Counted from the first letter of the stretch, positions 18,323-30,358 are shown. The stretch is DNA of 43,611 nucleotides from Verrucomicrobiota bacterium (GCA_038214755.1 JBBQRQ010000039.1:1-43611), one strand, 5' to 3'. Notes: generated from the letters alone by a model not told the origin. Program-made: numbers and translations.

Positions 18323-19234
18323 TTAGACTCGCCATTCCAGATTTAGAGCGCGCCCGTGTTCTGTGTGTTGACGATTCAAGCTACGCAATTCCAAACGCAT
18401 TCCCTCTTTTTCCAGATTAGCCAGCACCCAGCCGTTTGGTTTCGTCTTGTCAAAAAGGTAGGCGGTTGGAGGCAAATTGATCAGATGAATTCCGCTTGAA
18501 TCCTGCGCGACATTCCAGTGATGGGTGTGGCCGAAGAAATAGGCTTTGACCTGTTTGCGCGGGCGCATGATTTCAAAAAGTTCTTTCGTCTCCGTGAGCG
18601 CACCTGTGGAAGTCCCATCCTCGTTGGGATTGTGATGAATGACGACGAGCGCCGGTTTGTCCGCATTGGCATCAAGCGATTTTACCAGCCAGGCCAGTTG
18701 CGCCTCGCCGAGAACGCCTGGCCTGGTAAGTGTTTTGTCCAGCGAATCCAAGACAAACCAGTTGGCGCGCCTCGTGCGAAGAATTGCGACTTGTTTATCG
18801 ACCACCGGATGACTCACTGTTTTTTCTTCGAGCAATGCTTCCCAAAAGCGTTCGCGATGATCGTGATTGCCGAGCGCCAGATGAATCGGCAGTTGCGCGG
18901 CGCGAAGTGGTTGCAACAATTCCGTGAGCGTCGCGTAATCGCCTTTTTCTCCGCTGTTGAACGCGAGATCTCCGTTGATCAGCGCTGCCGCGGGACGCTT
19001 TCGCAAATCACAAACCTCTTTTGCGACCGCGATCAAGTTGTCGGTCATGTTGACGTCGCGTCCGAGTTGTTTCCGATCTGCGGCGATGTGAGTATCGGAA
19101 AAAAGTGCCCAACAGTGTTCGTCCACCTGACGATCTGCGGCGAACAGGCTCGGGCTGCACATCAATCCCGCGCCTGCTGCGAGTGAGAGCGCCAGGAATT
19201 CGCGTCGAGAAATGGGCGGAAGATAAATTGGCAT
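18323..19234 (-). CDS. Tat-exported metallophosphoesterase (calcineurin-like)
   Basis: SRREFL Tat signal. SDTH, NGDL, LGNHD, HH and GHTH metal motifs. Confidence 0.92.
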   Translation of the reverse strand: MPIYLPPISRREFLALSLAAGAGLMCSPSLFAADRQVDEHCWALFSDTHIAADRKQLGRDVNMTDNLIAVAKEVCDLRKRPAAALINGDLAFNSGEKGDYATLTELLQPLRAAQLPIHLALGNHDHRERFWEALLEEKTVSHPVVDKQVAILRTRRANWFVLDSLDKTLTRPGVLGEAQLAWLVKSLDANADKPALVVIHHNPNEDGTSTGALTETKELFEIMRPRKQVKAYFFGHTHHWNVAQDSSGIHLINLPPTAYLFDKTKPNGWVLANLEKEGMRLELRSLNRQHTEHGRALNLEWRV

Positions 19235-19294
19235 AAAGGGATTTTAACGAACTGAAGATTTTAGGCAATCGTTTAGCCGCCGATTGCTTTTGCA

Positions 19295-21559
<2,265 letters not shown>

Positions 21560-21659
21560 TTAACCAGCCCGTTGCCCGGTGACAAAATGTTTTCTCGCCG
21601 ATGCGTCCCGTACTACAATGTTGAAGGATCGCGCGTTTCCGACAACCTGTCCCCCGTGA

Positions 21660-21755
21660 CGGAGCGCCGGTTTGTACCCGGCTTGGCCTTCGCGCATTGA
21701 CTCAAAGCCGGTGGCAAACCGGCGCTCCGGTTTGGTTGCGGCTTCGCCGCGCTGA
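21660..21755. repeat. REP-like inverted repeat plus a GCGGCTTCGCCGC hairpin
   Basis: cggagcgccggtttg...caaaccggcgctccg followed by ggttgcggcttcgccgcgctg. Confidence 0.75.
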
Positions 21756-21812
21756 GTTATTTTCGTTTCGCTTTTTGACGCTGAATTTAAAAACTCTCGC
21801 ATACTTTAAATT

Positions 21813-22952
21813 ATGGATTTGACTCGCACTGCTTACGGAGCCTGGAACGGCGGACGTTTCATGAATTATGGCGAACCGCTTTCCGACGAACGCTGGATTG
21901 AAGTCGTCCAGCACGCTTATCGCCGAGGCATTCGCACCTTTATGACGGCGGATGTTTACGGCAGTGGCGGCGCGGATGAACTGCTGGGGCGCGCTTTGAA
22001 AGGTTTGCCGCGCTATTCCTATTGTCTGGTTGGCGCGGTCGGCCACGATTTTTATTCCGGCAAACGCGAAGGCTCAAAAGGTTTTCCGCGTTTCACCAAT
22101 CCGCAACTGCGCCCGCCCAACCAATTCGCCGAATATTTGCGCATGGCGACGGAAAAATCTCTCGCTCGTTGCGGCGTGGATAAATTTGATCTGCTGCTGT
22201 TGCACAATCCTGACTCGACCGGCTACACCAGCGACAGGGTTTGGAACGCGATGGACAAACTCAAAGAAGCAAAACTCACAGACCGCCTCGGCATAGCGCC
22301 CGGTCCAGCAAACGGTTTCACGCTCGATTTGATTTTGAATTTCGAACGTTTCGGCCCGCTGCTCGATTGGGCGATGATCATTTTGAATCCGCTCGAACCG
22401 TGGCCCGGCAGTTTGGTTTTGCCCGCCGCAGTGAAACATGACGTGAAACTCATCACGCGTGTCGTTGATTACGGCGGAGTTTTTCACGATGACGTGAAGC
22501 CCGGCCACAAGTTTGGTCAACAAGACCATCGCGCCTTTCGTCCGGCGGGTTGGGTCGAAGCGGGAAATGAAAAGTTGGAAAAGTTTCGTTCCATCGCCGA
22601 GAAGCACAATGTCACGATGCTGCAACTCGCCTGCTTGTGGAATTTTTCCCAACCCGCCGTGAAAAGTGTGATCCCTACTTTGATTCAGGAAACTTCTGGA
22701 AAACCTATCGAAACAAAAGTGGATGAACTCGCCACGTTGCCCGAAATAAAATTGTCCGCCGACGAATGCGAATTCATTTCCGAAATCGGCAACAACAAAG
22801 GTTGCATGGAATTGAAAGGCGCGAATCCGGGCCACATCGGAGAACCGCTCGCCGACAAATGGAGTTTGACGAACGACCTCGAACTCGTCGCACAACGTTG
22901 GGAAATTAATGCGAAAGCTGATTTGGTTTGCACCCATCCGAAACTTGCTTGA
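21813..22952 (+). CDS. Aldo/keto reductase family protein
   Basis: AYGAW, GIRTFMTADVYGSG..DELLGRAL, SLARCGVDKFDLLLLHNPD and IAEKHNVTMLQLA. Confidence 0.85.
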   Translation: MDLTRTAYGAWNGGRFMNYGEPLSDERWIEVVQHAYRRGIRTFMTADVYGSGGADELLGRALKGLPRYSYCLVGAVGHDFYSGKREGSKGFPRFTNPQLRPPNQFAEYLRMATEKSLARCGVDKFDLLLLHNPDSTGYTSDRVWNAMDKLKEAKLTDRLGIAPGPANGFTLDLILNFERFGPLLDWAMIILNPLEPWPGSLVLPAAVKHDVKLITRVVDYGGVFHDDVKPGHKFGQQDHRAFRPAGWVEAGNEKLEKFRSIAEKHNVTMLQLACLWNFSQPAVKSVIPTLIQETSGKPIETKVDELATLPEIKLSADECEFISEIGNNKGCMELKGANPGHIGEPLADKWSLTNDLELVAQRWEINAKADLVCTHPKLA

Positions 22953-23001
22953 GGTTTTCGGGGCGCTTGCGTTGCTGGCTTGTTAAGGCAAATTGAATGG
23001 C

Positions 23002-23190
23002 ATGACAGCGAAAGCCGAAGTTTTGGAGATTGTTAAAAAGCTTCCTGAGACTGTGAGCTATGAAGAGATCGCCAATCGCATCGAGTTGTTAGCTGGGATT
23101 CGCGAAGCGCGGGAACAAATTGAGCGCGGAGAAGGTATTCCGCTGGAAGATGTGCTCCGGGAAATTCCTTCATGGGTTACAAAGTCATAA
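23002..23190 (+). CDS. Putative antitoxin of a RelE/ParE module
   Basis: 62-aa acidic protein (LPETVSYEEI...IREAREQIERGEGIPLEDV) overlapping the toxin start. Confidence 0.8.
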   Translation: MTAKAEVLEIVKKLPETVSYEEIANRIELLAGIREAREQIERGEGIPLEDVLREIPSWVTKS

Positions 23191-23471
23191 TTTCGCCCAA
23201 AGCAAGGGGTGACTTGAAGTCGATTGTTACCTTTATTGCCCGCGACAATCCGTCCGCAGCTTTGCGTTTTGGCGAACTACTCCAATCCAAAGCGATGCAG
23301 CTTTCAGACTTTCCGCGCTTGGGTCGCCAATTGCCGGAAGGCGACGACCCTAACGTTCGTGATTTCCCCTTCAAATCGTATCGCATCATTTACGAAGTTC
23401 ACGACGCGCAACGGATGATTGCTGTTCTTCGCTTTTGGCACGCCGCTCGTGGCGAACCGGAATTCAAATGA
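23172..23471 (+). CDS. RelE/ParE family toxin
   Basis: VIISPKARGDLKSI..FIARDNPSAA, LSDFPRLGR, YRIIY and VLRFWHAAR. Confidence 0.92.
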   Translation: MGYKVIISPKARGDLKSIVTFIARDNPSAALRFGELLQSKAMQLSDFPRLGRQLPEGDDPNVRDFPFKSYRIIYEVHDAQRMIAVLRFWHAARGEPEFK

Positions 23472-24103
23472 AAGAATCCTACATCGCAGCCAAAGAACGT
23501 TGGGCGCGCAAAATGGCTGGGAAAGAAAAAACCGCCGGGCGTTCGGAGAATCGTTTGCCGCCCGGTCAGCGACAGGTGCACAATTTTCCCGTGCTTGATT
23601 TGGGAATTCGTCCGGAAGTCCCGCTCGATAAATGGGAATTAAAAATCGGCGGTCAAGTGGAGAATCCGGTCACCCTCGACTGGAAACAATTCCTGGCGCT
23701 GCCGCAGTTTAAAGACGCCAGCGACTTCCATTGCGTCACGACCTGGAGCCAGTTCGACATGGAATTTGAAGGCGTGGCGTTTTTCACCATCGCCGATCTG
23801 GTGAAACCGAAACCTGAAGCGACTCATGTTTTCTTCAAAAGTTACGACGGTTATTCTACGAGCAATCCGATCGAGGTCTGCCTGGACGACGATGTTTTGA
23901 TCGCTCATTCGTGGAATGGAAAATCAATTTCACTAGAGCACGGCGGCCCGGCGCGTGTGATCATCCCGAAACGTTACGCGTGGAAAGGCGCGAAGTTCAT
24001 TCGCGAGATTACTTTTCTCGATCGCGACATTTTAGGTTTCTGGGAAGTGCGCGGTTATTCGAACACCGCTGATCCGTGGACCGAAGATCGTTTTGATCAC
24101 TAA
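23468..24103 (+). CDS. Molybdopterin-dependent oxidoreductase (sulfite oxidase/MsrP-like, YuiH type)
   Basis: RLPPGQ, DFHCVTTWS, EHGGPARVIIP.RYAWKGAK and GFWE.RGY. Confidence 0.92.
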   Translation: MKESYIAAKERWARKMAGKEKTAGRSENRLPPGQRQVHNFPVLDLGIRPEVPLDKWELKIGGQVENPVTLDWKQFLALPQFKDASDFHCVTTWSQFDMEFEGVAFFTIADLVKPKPEATHVFFKSYDGYSTSNPIEVCLDDDVLIAHSWNGKSISLEHGGPARVIIPKRYAWKGAKFIREITFLDRDILGFWEVRGYSNTADPWTEDRFDH

Positions 24104-24120
24104 ATTGCAGTTCGGCGAAT

Positions 24121-24149
24121 TGACCAGACGATTTTATTCGGGTAAAAAT
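24121..24149 (+). promoter_or_regulatory. Sigma70-like promoter giving a probably leaderless hicB transcript
   Basis: TTGACC-17 nt-TAAAAA ending 5 nt before the ATG at 24155, with no SD sequence. Confidence 0.5.
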
Positions 24150-24154
24150 TAACC

Positions 24155-24358
24155 ATGAATCTGACCGCTGTTATTTTTCCCGATCCAGACAGCGATTGGC
24201 TGGTGGCTCAAAACCCTGAAACTGGAACCACAACGCAGGGAAAAACAATCGAAGAAGCGCTCGCCAACCTTAAAGAAGCCACAGAATTGTATCTTTCTGA
24301 ATTTCCTGTGAAAGCGAAAGGCCGATCTCTTGTGACAACGTTTGAAGTCGCCTCTTAG
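24155..24358 (+). CDS. hicB: HicB family antitoxin (short form)
   Basis: WLVAQNPETGTTTQGKTIEEALANLKEATELYL. Confidence 0.9.
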   Translation: MNLTAVIFPDPDSDWLVAQNPETGTTTQGKTIEEALANLKEATELYLSEFPVKAKGRSLVTTFEVAS

Positions 24359-24417
24359 TTTTCGAGGGGTAAAATTCTTGTTGCCCAAATTCACCTAAGC
24401 TGTTCTGCCGTTTTCTG

Positions 24418-24633
24418 ATGCCAAAATATCCAGATGTTTCCGGCGTAGAAGCCGTCAAAGCACTCAAGCGCTTGGGATTTATTTTCCTGCGACAAAAGGG
24501 AAGTCACGCGATCCTCAAACGAGGCAACCGTGGTTGTATCATTCCAATGCACCGGGAAATAAATCGCTCCACTTTAAAAGGTGTGCTGCAACAGGCCGGT
24601 GTTTCATTAGAAAAATTCCAGTCCAATCTTTGA
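24418..24633 (+). CDS. hicA: HicA family toxin
   Basis: SGVEAVKALKRLGF..LRQKGSHAIL...IPMHREI...TLKGVLQQAG. Confidence 0.92.
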   Translation: MPKYPDVSGVEAVKALKRLGFIFLRQKGSHAILKRGNRGCIIPMHREINRSTLKGVLQQAGVSLEKFQSNL

Positions 24634-24640
24634 TTTCTCC

Positions 24641-25786
24641 ATGCGCACCATTTACTTCGATTACAACGCGACTACTCCCCTCGATCCCTCGGTAAAAGCG
24701 GCGATGTTGCCTTTCTTCGACGACGTTTGGGGGAACCCTTCGAGCGTTCATCACATCGGACAAAAGGCCCGCTCACTCCTCGACGACGCTCGCGATCGCG
24801 TGTCTAAGGTTTTCGCGAGCAAACCGAGTGAAATCGTTTTTACCAGCGGCGGGACTGAAAGTAATAACCTCGCCATTTTCGGAACAGCCCGTTTGCTGCG
24901 CGACAAAGGCCGTCATCTCATCACGTCGCAAATCGAACATCACGCCGTCCTTCATTGCTTCCAATATTTGGAAAAGAAAGAAGGTTTCGCCGTGACCTAT
25001 TTGCCGGTGAACAGCGATGGTTTGATTTCGCCCGACGATTTAAAAAAGGCCATTCGCCCTGACTCGATTCTTGTTTCGTTGATGGCCGCGAATAATGAAA
25101 CCGGTACGATCCAACCCGTCGCCGAGCTAGGAAAAATCTGTCGCGAACGCGGAATAATTTTTCACACCGATGCCGTGCAATGGTTTGGCAAGGAGCCTTT
25201 CGAAAATATTCAACAGTTCAACGCTGATTTAGTTTCAGTTTGCTCGCACAAATTTCACGGGCCAAAAGGCGCGGGCGTTTTGTTCATCAAATCTCCTCTC
25301 CTGCCCGATCCGATTATTTTCGGCGGGGGCCATGAAAATGAGCGTCGGGCGGGCACAGAAAATCTCGCGACGATCATTGGTTTTACCGAAGCGGCGGAAC
25401 GTTTTCTTAAAGTCCCGGTGTTCGACCAACAGAAATTATTCCCTCTTTCGCTTGAATTGATTGCGTTGATTGATTCTCTCGAAGGTATCTCGTTGCGAGG
25501 CTCTCGTTCCGCTCGATTGAGCAATACGGTCGCCTTCACCGTCGAAGGCGCGGACAGCATCGCGCTGCTCGCCGGATTGGATATGGAAGGAGTTTGCGCT
25601 TCGAGCGGCTCGGCCTGTTCGGCCGGGTCACTTGAGCCTTCTCACGTGATGCTGGCGCTCGGAGTGGAAAAAAAATTAGCGAACGCTCTCGTCCGTTTTT
25701 CACTCGGTCGGGATTCTACATTGGAAGAAGTGAAGGTTGCGAAAGCGATTCTCCCTTCAGTCATTCAACGGATTCGTGGCGGCTGA
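24641..25786 (+). CDS. iscS: Cysteine desulfurase (IscS/NifS family)
   Basis: IYFDYNATTP, GNPSSVH, FTSGGTESNN, NNETG, HTDAVQ, SHKFHGPKG and SSGSACS. Confidence 0.93.
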   Translation: MRTIYFDYNATTPLDPSVKAAMLPFFDDVWGNPSSVHHIGQKARSLLDDARDRVSKVFASKPSEIVFTSGGTESNNLAIFGTARLLRDKGRHLITSQIEHHAVLHCFQYLEKKEGFAVTYLPVNSDGLISPDDLKKAIRPDSILVSLMAANNETGTIQPVAELGKICRERGIIFHTDAVQWFGKEPFENIQQFNADLVSVCSHKFHGPKGAGVLFIKSPLLPDPIIFGGGHENERRAGTENLATIIGFTEAAERFLKVPVFDQQKLFPLSLELIALIDSLEGISLRGSRSARLSNTVAFTVEGADSIALLAGLDMEGVCASSGSACSAGSLEPSHVMLALGVEKKLANALVRFSLGRDSTLEEVKVAKAILPSVIQRIRGG

Positions 25787-25789
25787 AAT

Positions 25790-25992
25790 ACGGCTTTTCG
25801 TCGCGAATAAGTTGTGCCGAATTTCAACAACCTGTTTTATTTTGGCTTATTGTTTTTTTCCCATCAGTTATTCGCGCGCCATTTATTTTCCAACTCCTTG
25901 TCACGACCTTGACACCGAAAGTTGTTTGAATTATTCACACCCCTTAATAATAGGTAGATTTTGTTTCTAAAAAGAATTCTATTAAGCCCGCC
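25790..25992. promoter_or_regulatory. AT-rich DnaA-box-like cluster upstream of dnaN (candidate oriC)
   Basis: TTATTCACA at 25931-25939, followed by CCCC and ttaataataggtagat. Degenerate boxes cgcgaataa (25802) and ttattcgcg (25868). Confidence 0.55.
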
Positions 25993-27102
25993 ATGAATTT
26001 TACCATCGCTAAAGATCAACTCATCCACGGTTTGCAATCCGTTCAAAACGTCGTCAGCACTCGAACCACTCTGCCTATTCTTTCAAATGTCCTGTTGCGT
26101 GCCGAAGATAATCGCCTTGAACTCACCGCCACCGATTTGGATGTGACGATTACTTGTTCGGTCGAAGCAACGGTCAAAAGCAAAGGGGCGACGACTGTTC
26201 CGGTGAAAAAACTTTTTGGCGTCGTGAGGGAATTGGGCAGCCCGGAAATTGAAATCGAAGTAGATGAAAAAAACGCGAGCAGTATTCGCGCGGGTTCCTC
26301 TTTCTACAAAATTCATGGATTGAATGCCGACGAATTTCCGCCCATTCCTAAATTCAAGGAAACAAAAAAAATTGTCCTGCCGCAGGAAAAAGTAAAAAGC
26401 ATGTTGAAGAAAACGTCTTTCGCCATCTCGACGGACGAATCCCGCTATGTGCTCAACGGAATTTTTATCATTCTCAAAGAACACAAAATGACCATGGTCG
26501 CGACGGATGGGCGCCGCCTCGCGATGGCCGACGAGGAAGTTGATATTCCCGAAACCAGCCAGGGTGAATTCATCGTGCCAACCAAAGCGGTCAACGAGTT
26601 GAGCCGCTTGCTCCAGGACAAAGGTGAAGTGGAAATCAAATTCACGGAAAATCAGGTCGCGTTCACGCTCAAGGACGAAAAAGGTTTTTCCATTTTGATT
26701 ATTTCGAAACTGGTCGAAGGAAATTATCCCAATTATCGGCAGGTCATACCGAGCGAGACCAAAGAGCGGGTCGCGCTGCAACGTGAGGAATTTTTACAAG
26801 CGGTCAAGCGCGCGGAGTTGATGACCAGCGATAAATCGAATTCCGTCAAATTGCATTTTACAAAAAACAATCTCGCCATTACCGCCAACTCTCCTGAAGT
26901 GGGTGAGGCCCGCGAAAGTCTAGCCATCAATTACAAAGGCAAAGATATCGCGATCGCGTTCAATCCTGCTTACGTGATCGAACCGCTGAACGCCTTGACC
27001 AACGATGAAGTTTTTATGGAGTTGATCGACGAACTCAGTCCGGGCGTTTTGAAAATCAACGGGCCATTTCTCTACGTTGTCATGCCGATGCGATTGAGTT
27101 AG
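25993..27102 (+). CDS. dnaN: DNA polymerase III beta sliding clamp
   Basis: RTTLPILSNVL, ATDLD, SRYVLNG, VATDGRRL, SKLVEGNYPNYRQVIP, IAFNPAY and YVVMPMRL. Confidence 0.98.
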   Translation: MNFTIAKDQLIHGLQSVQNVVSTRTTLPILSNVLLRAEDNRLELTATDLDVTITCSVEATVKSKGATTVPVKKLFGVVRELGSPEIEIEVDEKNASSIRAGSSFYKIHGLNADEFPPIPKFKETKKIVLPQEKVKSMLKKTSFAISTDESRYVLNGIFIILKEHKMTMVATDGRRLAMADEEVDIPETSQGEFIVPTKAVNELSRLLQDKGEVEIKFTENQVAFTLKDEKGFSILIISKLVEGNYPNYRQVIPSETKERVALQREEFLQAVKRAELMTSDKSNSVKLHFTKNNLAITANSPEVGEARESLAINYKGKDIAIAFNPAYVIEPLNALTNDEVFMELIDELSPGVLKINGPFLYVVMPMRLS

Positions 27103-27114
27103 TCGTCGAAAAAA

Positions 27115-27190
27115 GTAGCCGCCGACGTGAGGAGGCGGTCTAAAATTTTTCCGCTGCAACAAAAATCCGGCTCCTCACCTCGGCGGCTAC
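27115..27190. repeat. GTAG-type REP pair, copy 3
   Basis: gtagccgccgacgtgaggaggcgg ... ccggctcctcacctcggcggctac. Confidence 0.88.
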
Positions 27191-27269
27191 CTTTTTTGTG
27201 AATTGGGCGTGAATAAGATTCAACAACTTCTCCGTGTGAATCGGCTCGAGCGAAATAGACTTCGCGCTG

Positions 27270-28106
27270 ATGTCAGACGATTACCTGCAACTTCTCACCG
27301 CCACGATTGACCATTTAGAAAATTTAAAAACGCGCGGCACAACGTTCGTGACCATCGCGCCGGAAATTTTAAGCGCGTTGAATCACCCCGCGCGAAACGG
27401 AGCCGCCATCCAGACGACCGCAAGAAATCCCGAACTGATAAGAATTTTTTCGCCAGTAACACCGGTAGTATCCGAACGAACGAGCGAAAAAACCGAGGCG
27501 ATGAAATCGTTGCGAGACCGCGCGATGGTTTGCATCAAATGTCCGAACCTCGCCGCCTCCCGAAAAACTGTGGTGTTTGGAATTGGCAACATCGATTCGC
27601 CGCTCCTGTTTGTCGGAGAAGCGCCGGGCGCGGATGAAGACGCGCAGGGCGAACCGTTCGTCGGAAAGGCGGGCGAACTTTTGACGCGCATCATTAAGAC
27701 GATGGGTTTTTCCCGTGAAGCGATTTACATCGCCAACATTTTGAAATGCCGACCCGACACTCCCGGCCAAACCACCGGAAATCGCAAGCCGACGACCGAC
27801 GAAATGAAAACCTGTCTGCCGTATTTGCTCGAACAAATCGATATCATCAAACCGCGCGTCATCGTCGCTCTCGGCGCGACGGCGGTGGAAGGCTTGTTCG
27901 GCAAGCCGATGATGATTTCAAAACTGCGCGGCACGTGGCAAACGTTTCGCGAGACGCCCGTCATGCCGACGTTTCATCCCGCCTATCTCTTGCGCAACCA
28001 GGCGCTCACCGAAAAAAGAAAAGTGTGGGAGGACATGCTGCAAGTTTTGGAAAAGCTTGACGCGCCGATTTCGGAAAAGCAGCGCAATTATTTTCTGAAA
28101 GCGTAA
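27270..28106 (+). CDS. Uracil-DNA glycosylase family 4 (4Fe-4S)
   Basis: CIKCPNL, VGEAPGADED..GEPFVGKAG, NILKCRP and TFHPAYLLR. Confidence 0.93.
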   Translation: MSDDYLQLLTATIDHLENLKTRGTTFVTIAPEILSALNHPARNGAAIQTTARNPELIRIFSPVTPVVSERTSEKTEAMKSLRDRAMVCIKCPNLAASRKTVVFGIGNIDSPLLFVGEAPGADEDAQGEPFVGKAGELLTRIIKTMGFSREAIYIANILKCRPDTPGQTTGNRKPTTDEMKTCLPYLLEQIDIIKPRVIVALGATAVEGLFGKPMMISKLRGTWQTFRETPVMPTFHPAYLLRNQALTEKRKVWEDMLQVLEKLDAPISEKQRNYFLKA

Positions 28107-28115
28107 TTTCTGGAA

Positions 28116-29681
28116 ATGAAATTGGGCTGGAAATTGTTGATCGGCTTCATCGCGCTGTTCATAGCCCCGTTGGTGTGGATTGCGGCGATGCATTTCAAGT
28201 TGAAGCACGACGTCGCGGCTTACAAAAAGCAACTGATCGCCAAGGGAGAAAAACTGGCCATCGCCGATTGGACTCCGCCGCGCTCCACAAATCAGACAGC
28301 GTCGGCCGCTCTCCAAGCTGCAGTGCGACCGATGGGAGGAAATAATCTCGACCATTATCCCTCCGCGATGCGGATGGTCGCGCCGGGGCGCGCGCAAGTG
28401 AGTTGGAAGAGCGATGCTCCTTACGATTGGGACGCCAAACGAAAGACAAATATCTGGGCGCTCATTAAAAATGATTTCGAAACAAATGCCGACGCCTTGG
28501 AAGCGCTGCGAGAAGTTACGGAGCAAGGAGAATTTATTTTTCCCGTCGCTTATGAGCAAGGCTATCGCGCGCCGCTTCGTCATTTGTCGCCATTGAAACA
28601 AGGCGCGGTTTTGCTTTCAACCGAAACGATTTATGAATTGCACGAGGAAAACAAAAATGCGGCTGCGGAAAACCTCAAGGCGCTTCTGCGCTTAGTGAAA
28701 AATTACAAAGCCGAGCCGTTCCTCATCTCTCACTTGGTTCGCTTCGCCTGTTTGGGCATCGCGTTCAACGCGACGTGGGAAGCGTTGCAATCTCCTGATT
28801 GGAGCGACGCTGAACTGAGAGAATTTCAAGAAGCCTGGAGCGCCATCAAGGTAGATAATTTGGAGGCGACGTTCTCGATGGAACGAGCGATGGGGATCCA
28901 GATGTTTGCGGAAGCACGGGAATCTGGCCAAGACCCCATGGCGTTGGTGAGCGGATCGGGAGCTTCAAGTTTTTCGACCGACTGGGATGAATTCACAACT
29001 ACATTGATGGTCGAGCCAGTGGCAGCGATCAAAGCCTTGTTCAACCAGCCCAATCAAAAACTCTGGAGATGGGTTCAGTCGTATCGAGAAGAACTGGCTC
29101 TCTTGAAATTGTGGCAGGCAGGAGTCGAAGCTGATCGCGCCATTGAAAAAGAGAAAACCTATCAGCCCGCGCTGAAGAACCTTGAGAAACGACTGAGTCT
29201 AATGGGATCGCTCCGGGAAGATTTTTTATTCGGTGCTTCGCGCAGCACCGTCTCGAAAACGCTGGCCAAACTGGCCTCCGCGAAAATCGCGCGGCAACTC
29301 GCCATCACAGCTTGTGCCCTGCAACGCTACCAACTGGACAAAGGTTTTTACCCAGCGGAGTTGAGTCAACTCACACCGAAGTTTTTGAATTCAGTTCCGC
29401 TGGATCCCATCGACGGAAAACCGCTGCGCTACCATGCGCAAACAGACGGAACGTTTCTGCTCTATTCAATCGGCGAGAACGGAATCGAAGATCAAGGAAA
29501 CGCAGAACTCAATTCGAATTTGACTCCGTCACGGATTGATCCCGATTCGCCTATCTCCAAAAAGACGGGATGGACAAAACCGGTGCATCCGTCAAGAGCG
29601 CTCGATTGGGTCTGGCCGCAGCCCGCGACGGAAGAACAAAACTCCGAATGGGAACGGCACGAATCAGGCGCGGTGAAGTAA
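28116..29681 (+). CDS. Hypothetical membrane-anchored helical protein with a pseudopilin-like C-terminus
   Basis: N-terminal TM. C-terminal ACALQRYQLDKGFYPAELSQL.P..L..VPLDPIDGKPLRY...LLYSIGENG resembles the GspG C-terminal motif. Confidence 0.75.
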   Translation: MKLGWKLLIGFIALFIAPLVWIAAMHFKLKHDVAAYKKQLIAKGEKLAIADWTPPRSTNQTASAALQAAVRPMGGNNLDHYPSAMRMVAPGRAQVSWKSDAPYDWDAKRKTNIWALIKNDFETNADALEALREVTEQGEFIFPVAYEQGYRAPLRHLSPLKQGAVLLSTETIYELHEENKNAAAENLKALLRLVKNYKAEPFLISHLVRFACLGIAFNATWEALQSPDWSDAELREFQEAWSAIKVDNLEATFSMERAMGIQMFAEARESGQDPMALVSGSGASSFSTDWDEFTTTLMVEPVAAIKALFNQPNQKLWRWVQSYREELALLKLWQAGVEADRAIEKEKTYQPALKNLEKRLSLMGSLREDFLFGASRSTVSKTLAKLASAKIARQLAITACALQRYQLDKGFYPAELSQLTPKFLNSVPLDPIDGKPLRYHAQTDGTFLLYSIGENGIEDQGNAELNSNLTPSRIDPDSPISKKTGWTKPVHPSRALDWVWPQPATEEQNSEWERHESGAVK

Positions 29682-29735
29682 CAAATTTTTCAATTCCAAA
29701 GGCGAACAGGCATCGATGCACATTTGTCGGCGAGA

Positions 29736-29963
29736 TTACGCTGAGGGCGGAAGAGTGGGCGGCTGTTGTGATTTGACCCAGCGCATTTTTTTGGCGCGCA
29801 GTTTCACGGCCTGTTCCAAATTTGCTCTGGAAAGGCCGGGGTGTTTGTCGAGAACGTCATCCAATCGTGATTGAAAAATTTCGTGAAGCTTGATCGCGTC
29901 CGCTCCGCGAGCGTCAAAATAAGCGTTGTAAGCTTCTAACAACTTCGCCAATTCCGGGTTCAT
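29736..29963 (-). CDS. Small basic hypothetical protein
   Basis: 75 aa, with an ATGA overlap to the upstream gene 29960..30358. Confidence 0.65.
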   Translation of the reverse strand: MNPELAKLLEAYNAYFDARGADAIKLHEIFQSRLDDVLDKHPGLSRANLEQAVKLRAKKMRWVKSQQPPTLPPSA

Positions 29964-30358
29964 TCAGGAAAAACTTTCGCGAGAAGGGCGTCAGCTTCTT
30001 CCGCGGACATGGAGTTGTTGTGGAACATCGACCAAAAGTCCTCGAATTGTTGCAGGCGGATTTCCAACTCGCGTTTGAGCGAGTGATCGGAAAAATCCGG
30101 ATCGGACACCTGGCAAATGGCGAGACGCATGAAGCGCAAAATCCATTTGAGGGCGGCGCGATGTTCTTTGAGAATTTCCGGTGTTGGTTCTTTGTCGAGT
30201 AGGTTCTCGCGTTGCCAATCGAGGAACCCGTCGCACAAAGCCAACCATTGCGTAATTTGCTCGGCGGCGAATTGCTCAATGTTTTCGAGCGGGTGAGAAT
30301 GCAAAGCGATGGCGGCGTTCACAAATCCAATGTAACGCGACAAATTGGTTGTGGTCAA
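29960..30358 (-). CDS. Acidic helical hypothetical protein
   Basis: TTG start preceded by GGAG. Protein-like composition, ending MSAEEADALLAKVFPE. Confidence 0.7.
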   Translation of the reverse strand: MTTTNLSRYIGFVNAAIALHSHPLENIEQFAAEQITQWLALCDGFLDWQRENLLDKEPTPEILKEHRAALKWILRFMRLAICQVSDPDFSDHSLKRELEIRLQQFEDFWSMFHNNSMSAEEADALLAKVFPE

